From: Octopus sinensis
Lineage: Eukaryota
Assembly (NCBI RefSeq): GCF_006345805.1
Contig: NW_021832851.1
Coordinates: 32,825 to 96,824 of the forward strand
Direction: 5' to 3'
DNA length: 64,000 nucleotides
Part shown: positions 27,018-39,442 of the stretch, piece after piece
Layout of the letters: every line of letters begins with the position of its first letter
How positions within the stretch are numbered: position 1 is the stretch's first letter
The notes under the pieces: generated by a model
What the model saw: only the letters and a program-made list of their open reading frames with translations
Told to the model about the DNA's origin: nothing
The model's database searches: none
Position numbers and translations under genes: made by a program

Positions 27018-29363
27018 CACTGGACAACAAAGATTTTGCTACTGGGAAAAAAGCAGTGTTTTAGACTAAATCGAGGAAGCTGATTCCGAATCCGCACTCA
27101 GAAATGTTCTAGCACGTCAGAAATTTGAGTTATGCGCAAGACTCTAACAAAAATTCCGGCTAGATATAGGCCGCATTATAAAATTTGCTAAAATGAAAGC
27201 AGTCTTAATTGAAAATGAAAGAAATAACAGCAATAACACAAACGATCAGAACCCTAACCCTAACCAGATGGCGCTGGCGTATTGTGTGTAGTACCAAATT
27301 CGTCCATTTGTTCTTGGTAACTCTCAGTGTCATTTGTGCTGCTGTCCAGTGTGGTATGTGTATCTCTCGTTCTGCATGATTACTGTTTTAACTATGTTCA
27401 TTGTGTTAGTTCATGAATAGAAGAGGCTGTGTGAACCACTCACACAATTTTTGTTATGTGTGTGGAAAATTTGCTCTGTGTGACCAGCAGAAGAAAATTG
27501 CCACGGAATTAAAAACTGCCTATAAATATTATTTCAAGTGTAAAATTGGGGACGAAAGCAAGAAATGGGCACCTCATAAATGCTGCACCGTGTGTTACTC
27601 AGAGCTTACACAGTGGCTGAATGGAAAGAGGAAGTGAATACCTTTTGCTGTACCAACGGTATGGCATGAGCCAGCCAATCATGATTGATATTTGGCATGA
27701 CTAATATTAGTGGTTTTTCAAAGAAGACCAAAGCAAAAATTGTGTATACAGATTGTAAGTCGGCTCTAAAACCGGTCCCACATCACTTCGAGATCCCTGC
27801 CCTTCTCACATGCTTTACTTGAAAATCTTGACACGTCGTACGATGACCCCCCCTACTTACTCTCCAATCGACGAAGAGTACGTAGTTGATTCTAAGAAAA
27901 ATGAGCCAGGCTTCTTTAACCAAGGTTTGATCGATTTAGTAAGAGACCTAGCATTGTCAAAGGAGACGGCAGAAGTTTTGGGATCCAGACTACAACAGCG
28001 CAAGGTACGAAATTTTCCAGTTTCTGTGCTCGCCATAAAGGCTCATCTGTCTTTTCCAAGAGAGAAAAGAATGTTTGTTTCTGTACTGCAGTCGTGCAAA
28101 AACTAGAACACGTGCATGTGGCTAACGAATGGAGATTGTTTATAGACTCGATTAAGGTTAGCCTCAAAGCTGTGTTGTCACATAATGGGAATGTAAAACC
28201 TTCCATTATTGTATGTCATGTTGTCGGTATGGAAGAAACTTATGAATCGATGGAACTTATTTTGAAAGGAGTTAATTACTCCGTTCATAAGTGGAATATT
28301 TTTGGTGATTTAAAGGTGTTTTCTATCCTCCTAACGTTGCAGCTGGGATATACAAAAATTATGAGCTTCTTGTGTGTTTGGAGCAACCACGAGGACAGCA
28401 ATCCTTATACTGTAAAAAACTGACCTAAAAGAGATGAGCGCATAGTTGGTTGGTGCAATATGCAGCATATGCCACTGGTAGACTCGTAAAACACCTTCCT
28501 TCCACCACTTCACATCGAAATCGGCCTCATGAAAAACTTCGTAAAAGCAATGACACACGATGGTTGTCGCTTCCAGTACCTAAAAGTAAAATTTGAAGCA
28601 TGGAAAAGCGATGCAAAACTGAAAACAGCCATTTTCATTGGACCCGAGATCAGAGAATTGATATCTGATAGCAAATTCAGAGGTAAACTGAATCCAGTTG
28701 AGCTGACGGCATGGGATTCATTCATTCGTGTTAGTTTTAAAGAACTTTCTTGAAAATGATAGAGCTGAAAACTATGCTGATTTAATAAACAACATACTAA
28801 CAGCGTAAGATGGTATGGGATACTGAATGTCCCTTAAAATGTACTCCTTGCATTCTAATCTCGAATGTTGGTGCTTTTAGTGATGAACATGGTGAGAGGT
28901 TCCACCAGAACATATCTGAGATAGAAACGAGCTATCAAGGCCCCGGTTCAATCCATACATGATGGGTGACTACTGATCCTTCCTACAAAGGGATACCAAC
29001 ACGACGCATAAGCGCTAGAGCAAGTGTCTCAAACATTTCTGAGCTGAGCATATCAAAAATAAAGTGGGTATTCCCTTAACATAAATATACTATTACTTGC
29101 CTTGAACATAAATATACTATATAGAGTACTAATACACTATTATAATAATTATTTAGCTTGAACTTAACTATTCTTGGTTCTAATAAAGTATTAATACATA
29201 ACAAAATTCCGTGCTGCATCTCTAATATATAATTCTAAGCATAACTCGAAATCCTGACGTGCTACAGCAATTCTGAGTTCAGATTCGTAATCAGCATATC
29301 GATGTAGTTTAGTACAGCACCATTTATCTGGATAGCAGACAAATATCTTTTGGTTGCCCAGTG
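27018..29363 (+). mobile_element. Full-length Chapaev3-type (CMC) DNA transposon
   Basis: CACTGG...CCAGTG termini, ~120-bp imperfect TIRs (27018-27135 and 29239-29363), TAA direct repeat on both sides (27015-27017, 29364-29366). Confidence 0.88.
27413..29042 (+). pseudogene. Chapaev-like transposase pseudogene (stops and frameshifts)
   Basis: N-terminal GCVNHSHNFCYVCGKF and CCTVCY motifs; LPPLHIEIGLMKNFVKAM; GAFSDEHGERFHQNISEIETSYQG. Confidence 0.85.
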
Positions 29364-29597
29364 TAATATATACCATTTGCCAGCAAAGTGATGTACTTAG
29401 ACACGTACGTACGAGCTTAGAGAAATGTCATCAAAGAAAATTCGTTGGGCATATTAGACCAACGGATTTTCTGAAATGTCCATGGATATTTGGACTGGCT
29501 TTTGTACCTGGAATGTGTAAAATGTAAGTTCATCGCGGGTGCATCGCAAGGTGAAAATTACGACAAAATTTGCACTGCATTAGATACGTACCCTCAT

Positions 29598-29779
29598 CTA
29601 TCCATCCATCCATCCATCCATCCATCCATCCATCCATCCATCCATCTATCCATTCATCCATCCATCCATCCATCCATCCATCTATCCATTCATCCATCCA
29701 TCCATTCATACATATATACATACATACATACATGTGATGAACGTGTTTAAATACATATATATAGATAGATAGATTGATT

Positions 29780-29869
<90 letters not shown>
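29598..29869. repeat. (ATCC)n, (TACA)n and (TAGA)n microsatellites
   Basis: Read directly from the sequence. Confidence 0.95.
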
Positions 29870-29967
29870 CAATTAAAAATAACAAAACAATAAAAGTCAA
29901 AAGAACGTACACATGGAATATATTAACTTGGTGCTCAGTATGAAATAGAAACAAGTTTTTGTGAGAA

Positions 29968-29999
29968 TAAGGTTTCGAGCATGTCTCTTCATCAGAAGG
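29968..29999 (-). ncRNA. Minimal hammerhead-like core (degenerate)
   Basis: Minus strand CTGATGA-A-GAG-ACATG-CTC-GAAAC. Helices III and I do not pair. Confidence 0.4.
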
Positions 30000-30524
30000 A
30001 GAAGAAAGGAAGGGTCCGGAGAGCGCAATTGGTGCACGAAAACTTTGACACCAAATATGAAGTGTTTAAATGCCGATAAGAAATTTAACTCGTTTTTGAA
30101 CGGTTAATATATGTTTTCCCAGCTCTAATTGTTTTACTTTCAACGTAGTCTGAGATCAAATCGCTTGCCAGGCACGTATATCTCCGATATAAAACCTTAT
30201 CTTAACAACAATGTTACACGTGTTCATCAATTGTTGGAAATTTAATATTATCATATATATTACTGTTAATAAATCGTAAAACCTCTAACTACAACGTTGT
30301 GTGCCGAAGAAGCCATTGTAATTATACAAGATGTAGATTTAACAGGAAATTTCATATTAATGGTAAAAGAGGTGCGAATAAAAACTTTTCTGTACTTCCT
30401 GGAGTAATGAAAGTGTCAACCACTTCGTTATTTATGATAGTTACAAATAATTGTCTTTCGAGTAGAATCTGAAACAGCTGCGAATGATGATTCTGTATTA
30501 TTATCGAGATGATGATTTGAAGGC

Positions 30525-31002
30525 GGCGGCGGCGGCGAACTGGCATAATTACTAACACGCCGGGTAAAATTACTAAGCGGCATTTCTTCGCTCTTACATT
30601 CTGAATTCAAAGTCCGCTGGGGTCGAATTTACCTTTCATCCTTTCGGGTTTGTGAAGTGCCATTGAAACATTATGGTCGATGAAATCGACTAGTCTCCAC
30701 CGCTAAAATTTCAAACTTTGTACCTTTAATTATTATTATTACTACTATTATTACTTTAATTATTATTATTATTACTAATATTATTATTATTTAGGCGGCG
30801 AGCTGGAAGAATCAGTAGCACGCCAGACTATATGCTTAGCGGCATTTCGTCCGTCTTTACGTTCTGAGTTCAAGTTCCGCTGAGGTCGACTTTATCTTTC
30901 ACACTTTGGATCGATAAAATAAGTAAAAACTGTGTTTTAGGGTCCGTGTAATCGACTATCCCCTCTCACCAAATTTTAGGCCTTGTGCCTATAGTAGAAC
31001 GG

Positions 31003-31053
<51 letters not shown>

Positions 31054-31245
31054 GAAGGCGGCGCGCTAGTAAAATCGTATATCACGTCGGGCAAGATGCT
31101 GAGCAGCATTTTGTCCGTTCTTACATCCTGAGTCCAAATTCTGCCGAGGTCAACTTAGTCACTCAACTTTTCAGGAGGGTCAATGTAATTGACTAACCGA
31201 CCCCCAAAATTTTTAGCCCCTGTGTCTTTAGTACGGAAGATTATT
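30525..31245 (+). mobile_element. Three tandem SINE family A copies separated by (TTA)n
   Basis: Heads at about 30525, 30793 and 31066, each GGCGGCG(A/C)GCT...GAGTTCAA-like. Confidence 0.8.
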
Positions 31246-31247
31246 GT

Positions 31248-31650
31248 TATTTCCTCCACCTTAGAGAAGGTTGAGGTATTGTTTTCAGTCGTGTTTGTTT
31301 ATTTACCTGTTTGTCCTTGGAGAAGATATCTCAAGAACTACCGTATGGATTTGGATGAAACTTTCAGGGATGTTTGTCCTTGGGACTGGCACGAACGGAG
31401 TATATTTTGCAATCGATCCGGTCCCGGGGATTCTGGATTATTTTTCCTGTTTTGTTTTTCACATTGAGAGCGGTCAGGTTCATTTTTAGTATACCCGTTT
31501 GTGAGAGTAGTTGAGTTTATTTCAGATACTCTCATTTTAAAAATCATCTCTGGCTAATCGTTGAGAGGACGCTGGTGTTGTCATTAATGTTGTATTTGAG
31601 TGAGTTGAGTTTGAAGTGTATATGCTCCATCTGAGTAATGTTATTGTCAA
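31248..31650 (+). mobile_element. Probable Helentron-associated (HINE/DINE-like) non-autonomous element
   Basis: Subterminal hairpin CCTCCACCTT-AGAG-AAGGTTGAGG (31253-31276), GTTT(A/G) repeats and TGGATTTGGATGAAACTTT. The 3' end is uncertain. Confidence 0.45.
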
Positions 31651-31769
31651 ACTTGTTATTTACCGAATTGTTAGATTGTTGTTACCTGAAATTGTTGAAC
31701 CTGTTGTTACCTGTTTTTTAATTTTCTTTCCCATTTATGAATGAAGATATGAACAATATGGCAGATACA

Positions 31770-32850
31770 CCAGTGCAAGTGGGCAATTATGCAAAAAGGC
31801 TTCAAATTTGGGGAAAGGGAAATAGTCGATTATATCGACCCCAGTGTTTTCACTGGTACTTGATTTATCGACCCCGAAAGAATAAAAGGCAAAACAGACG
31901 TCGGCGGAATTTTGAAGTCAGAACGTAGCGACGGGCGAAATACCTATTTCTTTACAACCCACAAGGGGCTAAACACAGAGAGGACAAACAAGGACAGACA
32001 AACGGACTAAGTCGGTTATATCGACCCCAGTGCGTAACTGGTACTTATTTAATCGACCCCGAAAGGATGAAAGACAAAGTCGACCTCGGTGGAATTTGAA
32101 CTCAGAACGTAGCGGCAGACGAAATACTGCTAAGCATTTCGCCCGGCGCGTTAACGTTTCTGCCAGCTCGTCGCCTTCTCGACGATAAAAGCAATAACAA
32201 CCCTAGGATCCAATGCCGCATAACATGATTGAATATAGGTGAAGGATACTGAGGCTTGTGGCTTCTTAACTGCAAATAAGTCTGGAACATAACTATATAA
32301 TTCCGATTTCTAAAGATGGTTTGAAATTTTAAGACAAGGCCAGCAATTTTGGGGACGAGATAAATTGATTGCATCGAACTCAGTACTCTGCTAGTACTTA
32401 TTTTAGCGTTCCCGAAAGGATGAAAGACAAGTTCGATCTCGGCGAAATTTGAACTCAAATCGTTTAAGACGGACGACATGCCGCTAAGCATTTTGACCAG
32501 CATTCTAATGATTCTGCCAGCTACCGCCTTTTGCGCCAGTGTTCAACTCTAACTTATTTTATCGACTCCCGAATGGATGAAAGATAAAGTCGAGCTCAGC
32601 GGAATTTGAACTCAGACCGTAAAGACAGACGAAATACTTATTTCTTTACAACCTACAAGGAGCTAAACATAGAGGGGATAAACAAGGACAGACAAACGGA
32701 TTACATCGACCCCAGTGCATAACTGGTACATATTTAATCGACCCCTAAAGTTTGAAAATCAAAGTCGACCTGGGCGGAATTTGAACCCACAACGTGACGC
32801 CAAACGAAATACGGCTACGCCCGATGTGCTAACCTTTCTGCCAACTCGCC
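31770..32850 (-). mobile_element. Cluster of minus-strand SINE family A copies
   Basis: Repeated GGATGAAAGACAAAGTCGACCTCGG...AATTTGAACTCAGAACG modules. Confidence 0.85.
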
Positions 32851-33713
32851 GTCTTTACTATATTCTAATAGCGCTATCAATAAGAATATTATTGATAGAA
32901 CGGATTTCATGCTATCGATACCTGATTGATTTATATGGGTTTGCTACAAAGTAATGTTTCTCTTTCTTTCTCTGATATTGTTTCATTTATTGGACGGCGG
33001 CCATGCTGAAGCAAAATCTAGAAGGGTTTGGTCGAACAAATTGACCCAAGACCATGTTCTTCTTTTATTTTATATATTTTCTGTTTAACGGCTATGTTAT
33101 GAGGATGTAAACTTAACACTAGATGTTGAGTGGTTGGGAGACAAACGCAAACACAAAGACACAAACATATACACACTTACTACTGAAAAGACTGCCTCCC
33201 ACGCGCTTCTACAGTATCCTTCGTCTATGCCATGAAAAAAAGGCTTTTTCGTTCGTGCTCTTGTGTGTTTGATTTCCTGTATCGTATTCTCTTTTTACTT
33301 TCTCGTCTTGTATTTATTTGTATTTTTTGTACATGTATTTTTATTTTTTGCAGTTTTATTGTTACGCCCTGTTCGTGTTCGTACTCATTGGAATTTTATT
33401 TTAATTCTCTCGCAGGAAGCCTTGTGGATTAGTGTTCTGTCTCTGCTTTCGAAACATGCTTGACTCTACTAGCGACAGCTGATGACGGGGGTTTTTTCCT
33501 TGTGTAGCACGTCCTGTAACCGTTTTTTTCGTTTTCTTGTTTTTTTGTTTTTTCGTTTTCTTCTTTTTTGTTTTTTTGATTTTCCCATTTCTACGTCTTA
33601 TTGTGGTGTCCTATACTCACGTATAATTATTTATATATGCATGTATATATACATGTAGATGTAGGTACGTACATATATGTTTGTATGTATGCATATATAT
33701 TTTTATTTATCAC

Positions 33714-33750
<37 letters not shown>

Positions 33751-33768
33751 ATACTTATATATATATAG

Positions 33769-34150
33769 GGAGAATTCACAAAATAAAAGCAAAAGACGAA
33801 GACAGTTGGTGTAGACAACAAACAGATGTATTAGTTTAACGCTCGGGAAGTGAGAAAGCCTTTAACGTTTCGAGCAGAAAGGAACACAGAAAGAAACAAG
33901 GAGAGAAAATAAAAAATGTGTATTGGCTAGCGATCTATCATGGCGAATGATGGACAGACAGGTCACACAGGAGAGCTAGTGAGAAGGGGAGATAATAAAC
34001 TGGTGGTGATCACAAAATCAAGGTTCGCGTGTGTGTGTATATGAGAGTTTGTACGTGCGTGTGGAAGAGGGCTGATGATCTTGACGTGTATGTGTAGGTG
34101 GGTCTAGAAAGTAGTCAGTGCTGATGTGTGCATGGTGGTATGTTGTGATG
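33769..34150 (-). mobile_element. Penelope-type terminal fragment with core-deleted HHR
   Basis: Minus strand CCTTT-CTG[deletion]CTC-GAAAC-GTT-AAAGG at 33859-33882 (perfect stem I, palindromic AACGTT). The tail ends at (TA)n. Confidence 0.6.
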
Positions 34151-35454
34151 TGACGTATTGCATGGTGGGGTATGGTGTAGTGGTGTGTGGTGTGGTGTGA
34201 GGATGTTCAGAGGTGGGGGGCGAGAGTGGGGAAAGCCAGGGTGGGTGTGGGTTAGGCTGAGGGTGGGGGTAGATGTGGGGTATGTGAGTAGGCAGAAGGT
34301 GGGGGTAGAGGTGGAGTCTGTGGGAGAAGGTGTAAGGGATACGGTGGGGTGGGATAAGGAAAGATAATGAAGGTGGGGTGGAATGTGTAGGTGTGGGGTG
34401 GGCTACAATGGAGGGGTGACGATGAACTGGGAAGAAGGTGGGTAGGAGTGATCAATAATATAGAGTTTGGAGGCTTGTACATCCACCATATTTCTTTCAT
34501 AGTTATATATAGCATATTACAATGACTTACAGGGTTTCCGTGAATTGTTGTCAGTGCAGTTTCATCACGATCCGCGAAGTGAACTGGTTGACGTAAGTTT
34601 TAGTCATTGTTCCGTAGAAGGTACTGCTACCGTTATTTAAGGGTACACGTATAAGTATAGAGATTCCACACAGTGTCTGTATTCCAAATTGATTCCAAAT
34701 AGATTCATAAGGCATTGGTTGGTCCAGGGAATAGTTCGAAAGACTTGCCCAAAGTACCACACATTTGAACTGAGCCTGAAATTATGTGGTTTACAAAGAG
34801 ATCTTCTGAACTCCACAACCAGCCCGCAATGGCGGGTTTCAAATTCCACTGGGGTTAACTTTGCTTTTAGTCCTTTCAGGGTCTCAAAAATCAATATTAC
34901 TTGAGCTCTGGTGTCGATGTAATAGACTTTCCGATTCCCTCAAGATCACTGGAACCGTCCCAAAATTACAACGAATTGTTGAGACTTTGGCTTGTAGAAT
35001 CTTTGCAATGTGTAATACAAATGCGACTGCATTGCCTGAGGCTTGCTGAGTTGGTGTCCTCAATAACAAATAACGTTGCTTGTAAATAATTACTTATAGC
35101 TTTATGCTTCCAATTACCTGTAAAAGTGTGTTTCAGTCCATTTATATTTCATTATGGTTACCGTTTCATTTCTTTACTCAAGACCACTGTCCGATAGAAG
35201 TGTAGATAACGGTCTTTTACGTTTTGATTGTCTCAGTCTTTACACTGCGGCCATGCTGGGGTACAACTCTAGATTATTCGTGACGAACAAATCGACCGCA
35301 GTATTTAGTTCTTAAATCCGGTACTTAAATCAGTGGCATTTGGCGATTTGCTAAGTTACGTAAACAGGTTCTGTAAAGTTTGAGTGCAGACAAATACACA
35401 CAGAGATAAACACACAAACACATACACATATATGCACACATAAACACACACGCA

Positions 35455-35531
<77 letters not shown>

Positions 35532-35619
35532 TGTGCCATTTTCTTTTTGTCCACCCACCTATGTATACACACACGCACACACACACACACTCATATATGT
35601 ATATTTCCAAACGTTCGTC

Positions 35620-36075
35620 CCTACACATATTTTTCCCACGCCGTTTTTTCTCTCTCCGGTATTTTTGTTTTTCGTTCTCTTTCCGTTGTCTCTCCTCTTA
35701 ATCTTTTCAGCTGAAGAGCGTAGACGTCAAAGACTTTTCCATTTTTCTCGAGCATTAAACTAATACACATGCTTCTCGTTCCTTCACCTGCCTTCGTCTT
35801 TTGTTTTCTGCGAATTTGAACTATATATACATAGTTCAAAGAGATTCTTGCAATACACCACGACGTCTTAACTTTTGAACTTCATAAGTCACCATGATAG
35901 ACCGGTAGCCACTACACACATTTTTTCTCTCCTTGATTCTTTCTGCATTCCTTTCTGTAGAAGAGCGTAGGCTCAAAACTTAAAAGACATTTTCAATTCC
36001 TGAGCGTTACACTAATACATATGTTTGTTTTCCACCTGTCTTCGTCTTTCGTTTTTTCATGAATTCTCACTATAT
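35620..36075 (+). mobile_element. Two tandem Penelope-type tails with degenerate HHRs
   Basis: 35702-35733 and 35950-35987 (GAAGAGC-GTAG-GCTC, stem I TTT/AAAG). Tails are homologous to 33769-33860 and end in TA repeats. Confidence 0.6.
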
Positions 36076-36206
36076 GTATATATATATATGTGTATGTATA
36101 TATCTGTAAACGTAATATGTGACAATTATTCGGTAGCCATGCTAAAAATCCTAGTTTCGGATGCCGGGCTGGAAATCCACACCGCTATCTCTTCAGTTAT
36201 CCGGCA

Positions 36207-36591
36207 TCTCTCTCTATATAAACGGCAGTTTGTCTGTGTGTGTTTCTGTGTGTCTGTCAGGTTGTACCCTCACCGTGACCACGGCTTTCAACCGATTCTG
36301 ATGACACTTGACACACACATAGCCCAATGTCATAATTCAAAACTAACGCAGCGAAAATTTTGAAAAGTTCCCCCAGTTCTGAAAAAAATCGATAAATTCG
36401 ACATGGGGTCGAGAATCAGAAACACAAACCACAAACTGTCTAGGGGACGCAACACCACCTTTTTTAAATCTCAAAAAAAAATTTACCATCATTTTTTTCC
36501 ATTTTTTGGCTATTTTTGGGCTATAACTCTCTAAAAATGCTTTATAGTTATTTCCCTTACAAACCTGAGCAATGCCGGGCGATACTGCTAG
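36207..36591 (+). mobile_element. Non-autonomous Helitron (385 bp)
   Basis: 5' TC(TC)TATATAAA start after an A, subterminal hairpin-like CCTGAGCAATGCCGGG (36564-36579), 3' CTAG followed by T. Confidence 0.8.
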
Positions 36592-36976
36592 TACCGAATA
36601 TTTGGCACATATTACATTTACAGATAAATTCCTCTATTTATATAATATCGAGGTCTTTTTCATTCTTTTGTTTGTTTTACCATTTTCATCATTTTTATTA
36701 ATATATATATATATATATACATACAATAATCTTTCACCATATCGCGGCTCACCTATCGTGGTTTGTTATTTAGTCTTACGTTGATTCCTCTGTGCTGTTT
36801 TGCATTTATAATAAAATAAATAGATACAAATTATATAAAAATTATAAAAACGATGAAAAAATATATACAGTACTGTTTCTACCACGCGGATTTCTGCACC
36901 TATTCCAAGGGGTTTTCGAACGTAATACCCGCTATTTCGAGGGATTACTTTATGTATATATATTTATACATACATG

Positions 36977-37028
<52 letters not shown>

Positions 37029-37031
<3 letters not shown>

Positions 37032-37154
37032 AAGCGAGAAAGAAGCAACAAGAATGGATAGGTTTTTAGTACAATGGTTTCATACAAGGACAGGCTTGTA
37101 TGAAACGATTGTACTAAAAACCTATCCATTCTTGTTGCTTCTTTCTCGCTTATA
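37029..37154. repeat. Hairpin palindrome, 60-bp arms, 6-nt loop, 1 mismatch
   Basis: 37029-37088 is the reverse complement of 37095-37154; it directly follows (TA)n. Confidence 0.95.
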
Positions 37155-37923
37155 ATCACCCCACATTACTGTATTGTTAAAACAGTATAGTTTTTTTTTG
37201 GTGCATCTAAGTTAGGTACCATATTCAAGTAAATTCATTTAAATTAACTTGAATCTTTATTGCTTTTTGTATATATATATATATATATAAACTCTTCTCA
37301 GAAGTGGGATCCGAACCCACGTCGTCTTACCACTCTTCTCGATATATATATATATAAAATTTAAATAATTTAAAATTTAAATATTTTAAATTATGTTTTG
37401 GTGTTTGCTGAATTTCTCTAGAGAACATTCTTTCTTTGTAGTTAGATCGTAGGTGATCTTCTTCTAGCATATTGGATGTCCACTTAGTGGTTATCCCTAT
37501 TATATGCATGTATATATATATATATATATATATACACACGCGCACACATATATGATGTTGTGCATATGTGTGTCTGTGTTTGTGTATGTTTATTCATCAC
37601 ACCTCGGTCAGTAATATAGAAGCAATGGTGTTTAATGGTATTGGATAGTGGACCAGTGTGACCATATCGTCATATATTTAACCAAAATTTATCTCAAACT
37701 GCATTTCTTTGCTCTGTAAAAACAAAGAAAAAAATATTTGAGATTAATTTGAAGGAGACTTCCCTCGTCTTTTCTAGCAAGTCGAATTAAACGTACGTTA
37801 GAGTGCAATTAGGCAATGTTTTATCTGTACTCGACTGTAGTCTCCTTGTAATCTGCAAGGAATTATATCGTTGGAGATTTGAGAGATGTCATTTTTATGA
37901 TAACGTTGTTATGATGTTTATAT

Positions 37924-37978
<55 letters not shown>

Positions 37979-38342
37979 TTATATATATATATATAGATAT
38001 ATATAAATATATATATATATATCACTATGTAATCTTAAGAGGTATTCATTTTGCTATCTGCACCTACTTGAGACAGCGCAGGAGTTCCATCATACTCTAT
38101 CTGAGAAAGCTTAAAATGAGGCGATAACTTAATTGAATGATTAGTAAAAAATCTTTCCTTGTATTCGTTTAGTGGGTTGGATCTTTGCTTCTACCATCTT
38201 TGTCCTTATCAAAAGGATAGAAAACAACTTCACCAATTCACTTATCATAATTTTCTTTATAGCTTATGCTTCTTATATATTTATATATTATGTTTTTGTG
38301 TCAGAGACACACTAAGGGATAAGCTAAAGATTGTTGTTGTTA

Positions 38343-38385
<43 letters not shown>

Positions 38386-38398
38386 GCCATATGCCCAC

Positions 38399-38488
38399 GT
38401 GCATATGGCGTATTGTTAAAGAGCGTGTGCTACTAACCGCAAGATTCCGACTTCGATTCGGGGCAGTGACCTGAGTAATAATAATAAC

Positions 38489-38547
<59 letters not shown>

Positions 38548-38690
38548 TAATAACATCGAAAAATACCTTAGGAATGAGAACCCAGGTTCGAAATTTCCCC
38601 CAGGCAACTGATGAAGGCTTGGAGGGTATATCAGCCGAAACGCTGTGTTAACAACAAACAAGAAGAGGACAAATATCCGTCAAATGTAAA
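38399..38690 (+). mobile_element. tRNA-headed element with internal (TAA)n and a 3' hammerhead-like motif
   Basis: A-box-like TGGCGTATTG, B-box-like CTTCGATTC, then (TAA)n, then CTGATGA-A-GGCT...AGCC-GAAAC at 38608-38641. Confidence 0.6.
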
Positions 38691-38747
38691 AACTTTAAAT
38701 CATTCTTATTATTGTCCTTATTGCTGTAGCTGTTGTTGTTGTTCTCC

Positions 38748-39125
38748 GAGCTGGCAGAATGGTTAGAATGCCGGGTGGAATGCTTAGCGGTATTTTGTCT
38801 GCCGCTACGTTCTGAGTTCAAATTCCCCGAGGTCGACTTTGCCTTTCATCCTTTCGAGGTCGATTAAATAAGTACCAGTTACGCACTGGGGTCGATATAA
38901 TCGACTTAATCCGTTTGTTTGACCTTGTTTGTCCCCTCTGTGTTTAGCCCCTTGTGGGTAGTAAAGAAATAGGTATTTGTTCCGTCTTCACGTTCTGGCT
39001 CCAAATTTCGCCGAGATTAATTTTGCTTTTCATTCTTTCGCGGTCGATAAATTAAGTACCAATGAAATGTAAGTGACTATCCCCCTCTCACCATATGTTA
39101 GGTCTTGTGGCTACAATAGAAGGGT
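38748..39125 (+). mobile_element. SINE family A (long form)
   Basis: GAGCTGGCAGAATGGTTAG head and two internal modules. Confidence 0.88.
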
Positions 39126-39349
39126 TATTATTATCATTTTACATATTTCATTCATTAGAATGCGGCTAAGCCTCTAAACCTCTTTGAGGTTTTAGCCGAA
39201 TGAATCAACCCCTGGTACTTATTGTGTCGGTCTCTTTTCCCTACCCACTAATTTACGAAGACGCAAACATGCCAACACCGGTTGAAAGTGGTGCTGGGGA
39301 CACAAACACAGAGGGAAATTCGCGCGCGTGCTGATATATATATATATAC

Positions 39350-39402
<53 letters not shown>

Positions 39403-39442
39403 TAAGTATATATGTAAGTATGTATGTATGTATGTATGTATG

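Noticed and set aside
33410-33525. Two very degenerate HHR-like strings (GCTTTC-GAAACATG and CTGATGA-CGGG...GTAAC)
   Set aside because: Each needs several corrections to fit. Consistent with the pattern, but too weak to call.
36853-37159. Opposite-strand ORFs sharing SEKEATRMDRFLVQ
   Set aside because: This is a by-product of the 37029-37154 DNA palindrome.
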